From a virus (lineage: Duplodnaviria > Caudoviricetes): a DNA stretch of 52,429 bases. Shown in pieces: positions 45,138 to 52,429 of this stretch. The translations under genes were made by a program, and so were the position numbers. The notes below the pieces were generated by a model. The model saw nothing but the letters and a program-made list of their open reading frames with translations. It ran no database searches and had not been told where the DNA came from. Position 1 is the first letter of the stretch. Each line of letters opens with the position of its first letter. The DNA is taken from IMG/VR virus record IMGVR_UViG_3300037140_000067, positions 1-52,429 of that record; one strand, written 5' to 3'.

Positions 45138-47461
45138 ATCTCCACCGAATCCACGTCCTCTATCTCAACAGGTTCGTCGTCCGCACCCGCAAACAAACCA
45201 GTGGATGCGCTAAGGGCCGATGCGAGGTTCTTGTGCGCCTGACGGAAGTAAGATGGCTTGAGTTCGGACCCGATGAACTTGCGGCCCATCTCCAAAGCCA
45301 CGAAACCCTCCGAACCGATGCCCGCGAACGGACTCCAAACCGTATCGCCGGGGTTCGTCCACAGCTTCACCGCCCTGCGAATGACTTCCAATTGCAGCGG
45401 GCAGATGTGGCGTTCGTCCTCATGCTCGCGGGCGGAACGATATTGCAGCGTGTCCGATGGGTTGATGTCCATCCACACCGGCGAGGCGTAGTTCTGCCAC
45501 AACTCGACTGGGAACTCTTCCTTCGTGTGCGCGATAGCCTCCGGGTTCTCTCCCGGCTTGCGCATGGTCACAAGGTAGTCAGGCACGCCCTGGCGACTCA
45601 TGGCGGAGTCTTTGCGGATGGTCTTGTGCAACAGGCCCAGAGCCTTCGTGCGCTGCATGGCCGTCACCGGGTCTTTCCAGATGCAGACCTCGGAATGGTA
45701 GATGAAGCCAACATCCTCATACGCGCGGATGATCTCGCCCCGGAAGTCGCGGATGCCGATCACTCCGTCCCGCACCTTCGATGTGGGCAGGTTCATGCAG
45801 TGGATGGAGACGAGGCGACCCGGCATCATCACCCGGTACGACTCTTTGATGAGGAACTTGTAATGCTCCCAAAACTCGTCATGCGTCCGGCTGTTGCCCA
45901 TGTCGCGTTCGCTGGAGGAGTAGGTGTAGAGCGATGCGAACGGCGGCGAGAATACCGAATAGTGGACGGAGTTACTCGGCAACTCTTCGGCCAAGTCGAC
46001 GCAATCGGCAAGGTGAATCGTCCAGTTCTCCGAAGTCTCCACATTGCGCTCATAGACGGACTGTTCGCGCACCGTCCCCCGCAAGTGCATCCGGGTCAAG
46101 TCCTGCATGTTCGCTACCATCTCGTCGGCCATGTGTGTTGCCTCCTTTTCCTTGCGCTTCAAGTTCTCAAGTACGTTGCCTTCGGTCGATGCTGCGATGA
46201 TGTGGACGTGGACGGGGTTCTTTTGCCCGAAGCGCCACGACCGGCGCACCGCCTGATAGAACATCTCCCATGAATCATTGACGCCCACAAAGACCTGATG
46301 CGAGCAGTTCTGGAGATTCATCCCGTAACCAAACATCCGGGCCTTAGTCGAGAGCGCATGTATCTCGTCATTGCAGAACGCAATCGCCGCCTCGATCTTG
46401 AACTCGTCGGTGTCAGTTCCGGTAACTTCGATGCACTTCGGAACGCCCGCGGCGATGGCTTTCGACTCATCATTCAGGTTGCTCCACAACAGCCACGTCT
46501 CGGCAGGTTCCTCCGCAACGATGTCAATCGCCGCTTGCACTCGCTCATTCACCGATGAGCGACGGGCCGCAAGCCGTTCGCCCAACGACTCCGCAGGCAT
46601 GGCGAAGAGGAACCCTTCGCTTGGGGTGGAGACTTCCAAGACGTGCTCATGGTAGACCAGCGGCGGAAGGATGAACATGCTATCGTCATGGCCTATGTCG
46701 CTCGGCTTGTTCATCGACACAGCCCACGTGCATACCCACTTCCAGAAGTCTTTCCGCGCATGGCCTTTGAGCCGCCACTTCTGCGTCTCGCCACCATCAT
46801 GCACGAAGAACGTGGATAGCATCTCCGTGGCCGTCATCACGCCCAGGAACTCCGCATGGTTGCCAAGCTCCATGTAATCGTTCGGGGCCGGTGTGGCCGT
46901 CGCAGCGAGCCGGTACGGGGTATCGCGGAACGCCTCAATCAGAGCGGAGCGGGTAGTCCCATCGAACGATTTCAGGATGCTCGACTCGTCCAGAACGATG
47001 CCATCGAACGCGGTAGGGTCGAACTTGGCTAACCGCTCATAGTTGGTGACGTTCACCCCGCGAGTCGATTCCTTCATCTCGCGGCAGTAGTGGATCTCGA
47101 CCCCGAACTTATCCGCCTCACGGACGGTCTGACGGGCGACCGCGAGCGGAGCCAGAACGAGCACAGCGCCCCCAGTATGCTCCGCCACGACCCGAGCCCA
47201 CTCCAATTCGATGAGCGTCTTGCCGAGCCCGGTACCGAGGAATGCAGCGGCCTTGCCAAGTCGCAGCGCCCATCCGGTCACGTCGCGTTGGTGGGGGAAC
47301 ATCGCCGGGTGGAGCGGGGGGATCGTGGTAAGTCCCGCCGCATGGCATCGGATTGACTTCGCCGCGATGAACTCCGCGTACTTGTCCCGATGCTCCAAGA
47401 ACTCTGGACCCATCACCACGCCGGGATCAAAATGAACCGGCTCGCCATCTATGATTTTCAT
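45134..47461 (-). CDS. SNF2-like helicase fused to an amino (N4/N6) DNA methyltransferase
   Basis: Helicase motifs GTGLGKT, DESS, TATP, QAVRRSWRFGQ. Then SPPF (motif IV), HICP and SPFAGIGSE (motif I) in beta-class order. Confidence 0.9.
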   Translation of the reverse strand: MKIIDGEPVHFDPGVVMGPEFLEHRDKYAEFIAAKSIRCHAAGLTTIPPLHPAMFPHQRDVTGWALRLGKAAAFLGTGLGKTLIELEWARVVAEHTGGAVLVLAPLAVARQTVREADKFGVEIHYCREMKESTRGVNVTNYERLAKFDPTAFDGIVLDESSILKSFDGTTRSALIEAFRDTPYRLAATATPAPNDYMELGNHAEFLGVMTATEMLSTFFVHDGGETQKWRLKGHARKDFWKWVCTWAVSMNKPSDIGHDDSMFILPPLVYHEHVLEVSTPSEGFLFAMPAESLGERLAARRSSVNERVQAAIDIVAEEPAETWLLWSNLNDESKAIAAGVPKCIEVTGTDTDEFKIEAAIAFCNDEIHALSTKARMFGYGMNLQNCSHQVFVGVNDSWEMFYQAVRRSWRFGQKNPVHVHIIAASTEGNVLENLKRKEKEATHMADEMVANMQDLTRMHLRGTVREQSVYERNVETSENWTIHLADCVDLAEELPSNSVHYSVFSPPFASLYTYSSSERDMGNSRTHDEFWEHYKFLIKESYRVMMPGRLVSIHCMNLPTSKVRDGVIGIRDFRGEIIRAYEDVGFIYHSEVCIWKDPVTAMQRTKALGLLHKTIRKDSAMSRQGVPDYLVTMRKPGENPEAIAHTKEEFPVELWQNYASPVWMDINPSDTLQYRSAREHEDERHICPLQLEVIRRAVKLWTNPGDTVWSPFAGIGSEGFVALEMGRKFIGSELKPSYFRQAHKNLASALSASTGLFAGADDEPVEIEDVDSVEI

Positions 47462-49086
47462 GCTTGCCTCCGTTGAAAATGGACATCTAAAGCCGCCGAA
47501 ACCTGCCCACGGGTAGCCCCGTTCGGGATGGGGATGCGGAGTTTATGGCAGAGGGCTATCTGCTTCTCGCTCGGCCCCGTCTGCCGCCAGTGCGAGTCCC
47601 GCATGAGTACCGCCTTGGGAAGCACGCCGGAATCGACCACCAACTTATCCCCGATGTTGAACGCTCCGGCCAGGTTCTGCGCCTGAATCTCTACGAGCCT
47701 CCCTGCCACGAATCCGCGTACCCACCACTCGCCCAGCAGGTCGGCGGACAGCGTGACCCGCTCGCGGCCTACGGGCAGCGTGTAGGCGTCGCCCTGCTTC
47801 GTCCATGCCAGTTCAGTGAGCCGTGAGACTTCGGGCGGGTAGCTCACCTTGAACAGCGAGATATTCTCAGCCATCGTCTTCAGTTCGTCGAGATTGCGGA
47901 GGTCGGCAACGTTGGCGGTGGGGAACTCTGCCGCGATGCGCTCCAACTGCTCCCGCGCCTTGGTAAACCGCTCGCCTTTGAGGTCCAAATCCTTCGGCAA
48001 TCCAAGCAGGCTGGAGACGTTGCATAGGTCGTGGCGCTTGCTCGAATCGCACACGTCCAGCACGAGCAAATCATCTTTACCGTCCGCAATCCGGGTTCCC
48101 CGGCCTACCTCCTGGGCGTAGCGTACGAAGCTCTTGCGTGGTGCTGCCAGCACGATGCATGACACCTTCGGATCGTCGTAGCCTATGCCAAGCAACTGAG
48201 CGCAGCAGATGACGGGGTACGTCCCTGCCTTGTGCGCGTCGATCTTCGCTTGGCGGTCGGGATCTTCGCCCCAGACTGCTTTCGCGCCGATACTGTGAGC
48301 CTCGAACGTGGCCGCAAGGTCGAGCGCGTGCTGCACGTTGGCGGTGAAGCAGATGGTGCGGCGCTGCCATGCATGCTTCGCCCATTCCTTGACGACGATG
48401 GCGTTACGCTCGGGCGTGTTGACGGCGGTAGCAAGCTCGCCCTCGGCAAACTCTCCCATGCGAACGTGTACGCCATCGAGGTTGGCTTTGCCTGATACGC
48501 GCATTGCCCGAATATCGCAGAGCCATCCTGTCTCAATACCCTTGCGGATGTCCATGTCGAACACGATCTCGTCGAAGAGGTGCTTCAGCCCCTGGCCGTC
48601 GTTCCGGTTGGGCGTGGCGGTGATGCCAAGGAATAGCGTCTTGGTGCGCGTGCGGTCGAGCAGCCCAAAGTAGTCGTAGACGCGCTTGAACGAGTCGGCC
48701 ATACCGATGTGCGCCTCATCTTGGATGATGGCGTCGAACTCGTCGGGCTGGAACTTCTTGATGCGGTCAGAACCCTTGCGCCCAAGCGTCGGGATGGAGG
48801 CGATTACGAACTGATCGAGCGGCCCGGAGGTCTGCCCCGCCATCTCCGTTCCCACCCACGCGCCGGGGTTCCACGCATGGAACGCCTTAGCCGCTTGCTG
48901 CGCGAGTTGATCCATGTGGACGGCAAACATCACCTTGCCGGTAAAGCCGTGGTTGCGGCGCAGGTTGGCGGCGATGGCAGTTTTTCCGGTGCCGGTTGCC
49001 ATCACTGCCAACTGGTTCAGCACGCCTCGGCTGAGCGCGGCCTTGGACCGGGTTAGGCAGTCGGACTGGTAATCTCTAAGCTGCAC
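47458..49086 (-). CDS. SF2 DEAH-box helicase (ResIII/Irc3-like)
   Basis: LRDYQ, ATGTGKT, DEAH, TATP, QEVGRGTR. Confidence 0.92.
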   Translation of the reverse strand: MQLRDYQSDCLTRSKAALSRGVLNQLAVMATGTGKTAIAANLRRNHGFTGKVMFAVHMDQLAQQAAKAFHAWNPGAWVGTEMAGQTSGPLDQFVIASIPTLGRKGSDRIKKFQPDEFDAIIQDEAHIGMADSFKRVYDYFGLLDRTRTKTLFLGITATPNRNDGQGLKHLFDEIVFDMDIRKGIETGWLCDIRAMRVSGKANLDGVHVRMGEFAEGELATAVNTPERNAIVVKEWAKHAWQRRTICFTANVQHALDLAATFEAHSIGAKAVWGEDPDRQAKIDAHKAGTYPVICCAQLLGIGYDDPKVSCIVLAAPRKSFVRYAQEVGRGTRIADGKDDLLVLDVCDSSKRHDLCNVSSLLGLPKDLDLKGERFTKAREQLERIAAEFPTANVADLRNLDELKTMAENISLFKVSYPPEVSRLTELAWTKQGDAYTLPVGRERVTLSADLLGEWWVRGFVAGRLVEIQAQNLAGAFNIGDKLVVDSGVLPKAVLMRDSHWRQTGPSEKQIALCHKLRIPIPNGATRGQVSAALDVHFQRRQA

Positions 49087-49330
49087 GATTCACCTTCATG
49101 CACTGCCAGCCGTACTTGTCGCGCCACTGGGTAAAGAGTTTGTCTGGATATGGCACGGTGAGCAGCCGTTCCGCAGTGTCAACGTCCACATTCGGCCCGT
49201 AGATGTAGAGGGTGGTTCGTCCCTTGAACTGAACGACCATGTACCCTCCCACCTGCGCTACCTGGCCCAAGTTGCGAGCCTTCGGGACGGGTTTCATTGC
49301 GGCCTTGGCGAGTACCTCAGAGACTTTCAT
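49076..49330 (-). CDS. KTSC-like domain protein
   Basis: MVVQFKG...YIY.PNV......LL...P.K.F pattern. Confidence 0.55.
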   Translation of the reverse strand: MKVSEVLAKAAMKPVPKARNLGQVAQVGGYMVVQFKGRTTLYIYGPNVDVDTAERLLTVPYPDKLFTQWRDKYGWQCMKVNRAA

Positions 49331-49538
49331 CGTCTTCCTCCTCGTCGTAGTTCGGTGGGACCGGGAGGGGCATCCAGTGGGTGACTTCGTAATTCTTTGC
49401 GCTTCCCATCGCCCATATTCCGTCGCTGTCTAGCCAACTGATATCGCCAGATGCGTCGTCGGTGGCGTGGAATTGAACCCACACCCAAACTTCGTCTAAT
49501 ACTTCAGGTAACCGATCCTTCACGCTAATCCACTTCAT
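49317..49538 (-). CDS. DUF551-family protein
   Basis: MKWISVKDRLPE...VTHWMPLP.PP. Confidence 0.88.
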   Translation of the reverse strand: MKWISVKDRLPEVLDEVWVWVQFHATDDASGDISWLDSDGIWAMGSAKNYEVTHWMPLPVPPNYDEEEDDESL

Positions 49539-49794
49539 CGGCTTCAGCCTCCTGCTCTATCTTCGCTTTTGTGGCCCGGTACTGCTCTTTGTTCCAGATG
49601 AGAAGGCACAGATGGAGTTCATTGTTCATCACTGCGCCGATCACATTCCCCGCGATGCCAATGGTAATATCGGTATCTTGGCCCCTATGGACTGCGGTCA
49701 TGTTCTTGAGGTTTTCGGAGGTCGCAAGACGGATGTCGAGGTTATCCACGCTCATCCGCTTCAACACATCGAAAGAACTGATCTTAGCTTTCAT
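49525..49794 (-). CDS. Hypothetical protein
   Basis: Overlap chain; GAGG RBS. Confidence 0.7.
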   Translation of the reverse strand: MKAKISSFDVLKRMSVDNLDIRLATSENLKNMTAVHRGQDTDITIGIAGNVIGAVMNNELHLCLLIWNKEQYRATKAKIEQEAEADEVD

Positions 49795-49975
49795 CGGAGT
49801 CATCCTCGTCGTAGTCGCCATTCATGGCGTTCATGCAGAACTCGCTACAACACCATTCCCCGTTCTTGGACACGAAGTTCTCCCCGATGCCTTCACGGTA
49901 GCCGGGATCTTCGTGCGTGTTGGGATACTCCTTGCCGCAAGGCTCATCACAGCATGGGCAGTGGATGACTTTCAT
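49784..49975 (-). CDS. Small Zn-binding protein (CPCC...CCSEFC)
   Basis: GGAGG RBS; ATGA overlap. Confidence 0.7.
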   Translation of the reverse strand: MKVIHCPCCDEPCGKEYPNTHEDPGYREGIGENFVSKNGEWCCSEFCMNAMNGDYDEDDSDES

Positions 49976-50256
49976 CGGTTCAACCTCCGTGACTCCTGGC
50001 ACTCGCGGTCCCAGTCGGACGGACCACGCCGGCGGTCGGAGTCGATGTGCGGGTAGGGCTGCGTGCTGGGGCGGTTGATGTCTGGGTTATAGGTATCGAG
50101 CGCACGCAGTGCGGCACGTAGCTGCTCGGTGGCTTCCTCTCGCCACCGGCACGCGGCACCCGACTGCGAGTTGCGGAGTTCCTGGTCTGCGGCCTTGACG
50201 AACGTGGTAGCGAAGGCGCAGGCGGTGAGTAGGGCGGTACGATGGGATTCGGTCAT
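49972..50256 (-). CDS. Hypothetical protein (94 aa)
   Basis: ATGA overlaps on both sides. Confidence 0.7.
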   Translation of the reverse strand: MTESHRTALLTACAFATTFVKAADQELRNSQSGAACRWREEATEQLRAALRALDTYNPDINRPSTQPYPHIDSDRRRGPSDWDRECQESRRLNR

Positions 50257-50492
50257 ACTGCTACCTTCGTGTATGGATATAGGACGGGGTTGCTCTTGAT
50301 GTTTTGGCCGAAGTAGCGTCCCACGCTGTCGGCCGTCACAAGGCTTCCGTGAACATCTGGCGGAACATTCGCGTAGTGGTATTCGGATGCAGCGCTGAAC
50401 TTTCCCGGCAAGAAGCGGATACCCAGAGTCGATGTGTCGGCATCGTAACCAACCTCTGAAATCTGAGACGATTCAACGGTTTGCCAGTTCAT
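50253..50492 (-). CDS. KTSC domain protein
   Basis: VESSQISEVGYD....L.IRF......YHYANVP.......TADSVGRYF...IK. Confidence 0.9.
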   Translation of the reverse strand: MNWQTVESSQISEVGYDADTSTLGIRFLPGKFSAASEYHYANVPPDVHGSLVTADSVGRYFGQNIKSNPVLYPYTKVAV

Positions 50493-50655
50493 ATAATCCT
50501 TTCTCCTTGTTGGCCGTATAGCGACGGCGTTTGGCTTCCTCTGCCGCGATGCGCTTGAACTCGGGAGTCTCAACCCGCATCAGCGGCACAATGAAGCGAT
50601 TGAACGATTCGAGACTGCAACACTCGACGATAAGCTGCCTCCAGACGTGTTCCAT
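50473..50655 (-). CDS. Hypothetical protein (60 aa)
   Basis: TGATG coupling to the upstream gene. Confidence 0.6.
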   Translation of the reverse strand: MEHVWRQLIVECCSLESFNRFIVPLMRVETPEFKRIAAEEAKRRRYTANKEKGLYELANR

Positions 50656-51689
50656 CAGTAGATGATCTTCGTGTGTGGGATCTTGCCCTGGGCGATGGCC
50701 ACGACGAGCTTCTTTGCATTAGCATCGGAGATGCCCAATGCAACGACGGCTGCTATCGCCACCCGGTAAATCTCAGTCTTGTGTGCGGTGCTGTCCTCTC
50801 TGGCTTTGGTAGCGGCATCCTCCGCCGCCTTCGCGTCCGCTGTCCGCTTCTGCTCGGCTGCCACGGCGCGTTCCGCTGCATCCTTGGCATCCTGCTCGGC
50901 TTTGACTGCGCGAGCCTCGGCTGCCTCGGTGTCGCGTTTGGCCTTCGCCTCGCGCTCTGCGGTATCCCGCTCGGCCTTCTCGGTCGCTTCGCGTGCTACC
51001 CGCTCGTCGCGTTCGGCCTGCTCCTTTGCCTGGCGATCCTTAGCCTCTTTGGACTCGCGGACGATGCGTTCGGCCTCCAGTTTTTTGAAGGCAACCTGCT
51101 GCTCCTCGTGATTCTTTGTCTCTGCAAGAATTTTGCTGAGACGCATGGAGGACGCATCGTTCGACGTGCCAAATCGTTCGGCAAACTCTTCCCAATTGCG
51201 TAGCGCAAACTCGTCGAGCTTGGCAATGCGGCTCTCGATCTCCGCGACAGTGGCCCCGAAAGGTACGTTGCTGAGTTCGATAACATCTTTCAACGCCTGT
51301 TCGTGAGCCTCAACGCGGGCCTTGACTGCTTCCTCGTAGTCCGTGAGGGGCTTGCGGGCTTGATCGCGTAGAGCGGTAAGCGCTTCCTTCATCCGCTTGC
51401 GCTCGGCGTCGATGTCCGTCGCCTTGCGCTTGATGTCCATGCTGAGATTCTTCCCGTAGTCCTCCAGCCGTGCCATCGAACTGGAAACCTTGCGGGCAAG
51501 AGAAGCAATCGCCTTGCGTCCCTTTTCGCAAGAGATGTCGGGCTGAAACTGCTCCACCTCTTTGCGGATCAGGCTGATGATTTTGTCAAGGCCGTTCGGA
51601 ACGAACAGTTCCGACGCCTTCTCTTCTGGGGGAATGATTTCCCCGATGGGTGTTCCAACGATGATTTCGTCTTCGATTATGCCGTTCAT
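50655..51689 (-). CDS. Phage coiled-coil protein, allele B (344 aa)
   Basis: AGGAGG RBS; KGRKAIASLARKV...RKPLTDYE, E/A/K/R-rich stalk, AIAQGKIPHTKIIY end. Confidence 0.9.
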   Translation of the reverse strand: MNGIIEDEIIVGTPIGEIIPPEEKASELFVPNGLDKIISLIRKEVEQFQPDISCEKGRKAIASLARKVSSSMARLEDYGKNLSMDIKRKATDIDAERKRMKEALTALRDQARKPLTDYEEAVKARVEAHEQALKDVIELSNVPFGATVAEIESRIAKLDEFALRNWEEFAERFGTSNDASSMRLSKILAETKNHEEQQVAFKKLEAERIVRESKEAKDRQAKEQAERDERVAREATEKAERDTAEREAKAKRDTEAAEARAVKAEQDAKDAAERAVAAEQKRTADAKAAEDAATKAREDSTAHKTEIYRVAIAAVVALGISDANAKKLVVAIAQGKIPHTKIIY

Positions 51690-52429
51690 GGCTACGCCTC
51701 CTGAGCGTTTGCGGTGGTTATCATGCTGTCGAGTTGCGTCTTGATTGCGGTCCAGTCGTGGCCCTTGCTCTCGCAGAACTTCATCTGCTCGTCGGGTGTC
51801 CAGTCGAGCATGGCAAAAGCTGCCTTGACATCTTGGGGCATGAGCGGGGCTTTGAACCAATCGAGGATGGCGCTGTACTTCCGGGCGGGGATGAGGCTGC
51901 CGGCCTTTTGTCCGACAAACTCATAGAGTTGCGCGGCCTTACGCTCGGTGCGCTTCAGTTCTTCCTTGATGTGCGCGGCCTCCTCGTTAGTGATGGGGGT
52001 AGCGTCTTCCAGGACTGCGGCGCGAGATGCGGCCTCAGTGCGTTGCTGGGCTCCAGTAAGGTCTTTGCCGCGTTGTGCTGCGTTCTTGGATACCTGGGCA
52101 TCCTCGTTCTCTTCTGGCGCAACACCAGCCAACCCGCACAGTCCTTGCCGACGCGCATACGAGTGTTCCGCGCCGAATGTCTGGGGATCATTGTTCGGAC
52201 CGAGTGGGATGCCGTCATCGTTTGCCCACTGGCCGGACGAGTGGTGCAGTTCGGTTACGAGATACATCCGGCCTTCAACACGACGGATTGGTTGGCGTAC
52301 GCAGATCTCTTCGGCAGTGAGGCACGGAAGAATGGCGGTTAGCACGTCGGCAAGATCGGCGTAGGCATAGTCGTAACTGTATTCCTTGCCGCTGCCCTTA
52401 GCTGTCCCTTTGACGGTGGCCTTCCTGGT
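50855..52429. repeat. Right copy of imperfect terminal direct repeat (partner 1-1575)
   Basis: Constant offset of 50854 from the left copy. Confidence 0.97.
51692..52429 (-). CDS. erf: ERF-family protein, allele B (5' part off the window edge)
   Basis: Nearly the same protein as 838-1659; differences are mostly synonymous. Confidence 0.88.
   Translation of the reverse strand, partial: TRKATVKGTAKGSGKEYSYDYAYADLADVLTAILPCLTAEEICVRQPIRRVEGRMYLVTELHHSSGQWANDDGIPLGPNNDPQTFGAEHSYARRQGLCGLAGVAPEENEDAQVSKNAAQRGKDLTGAQQRTEAASRAAVLEDATPITNEEAAHIKEELKRTERKAAQLYEFVGQKAGSLIPARKYSAILDWFKAPLMPQDVKAAFAMLDWTPDEQMKFCESKGHDWTAIKTQLDSMITTANAQEA

Larger units (their letters stand above)
1..52429. mobile_element. 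Tailed bacteriophage genome (podovirus/P22-like organisation), circularly permuted, ~50,854 bp unit length
   Basis: Terminase, portal, scaffold, capsid, lysozyme, ejection-like genes and a recombination/helicase arm are present. The ends overlap. No tape measure or sheath gene and no host housekeeping genes were seen. Confidence 0.95.

Noticed and set aside
45233-46273. Long antisense/shadow ORFs (also 880-1614, 13757-14707, 37827-38684, 35149-36075)
   Set aside because: They overlap strongly supported genes and lack motifs and SDs. Expected from GC-rich codon bias.
50855-52429. T7-like exact direct terminal repeats
   Set aside because: The copies differ at about 9% of positions and cut through genes. 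True DTRs are copied identically.
1-52429. tRNA, integrase/att site, tape-measure or sheath genes
   Set aside because: None recognised by eye. A tRNAscan/HMM run is needed to exclude them formally.

Overview
Apparently complete ~50.85 kb tailed-phage (Caudoviricetes) genome with P22/podovirus-like architecture. Bases 1-1575 recur at 50855-52429 as a diverged copy (about 138 substitutions by hand count, ~91% identity, no net indel), giving a 50,854 bp circular map. The + strand carries small accessory genes (4.2-6.2 kb), an endonuclease VII cassette, an XRE regulator, terminase, portal, scaffold, major capsid, connector, tail/RBP-like genes, a lysis module, a nozzle-like protein and three ejection-like proteins (7.5-42.3 kb). 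The - strand carries the DNA metabolism arm: ERF annealase, two KTSC-like proteins, SF2 helicase, SNF2-helicase/DNA-methyltransferase fusion, primase-type zinc finger, Vsr-like and HNH nucleases. I recognised no integrase, DNA polymerase, tRNA or CRISPR array. Highlights: (1) four tail/RBP-like proteins with Sec signal peptides and paired cysteines; (2) a candidate ~80 nt sRNA complementary to an identical 13-nt RBS motif of two genes in the ERF operon; (3) two consecutive nested dual-coding gene pairs; (4) a Tat-lipoprotein u-spanin candidate beside a papain-like protease; (5) a collapsed LAGLIDADG remnant and an unlisted protamine-like peptide in the head module. All family assignments come from motif recognition by eye; no database search was run.
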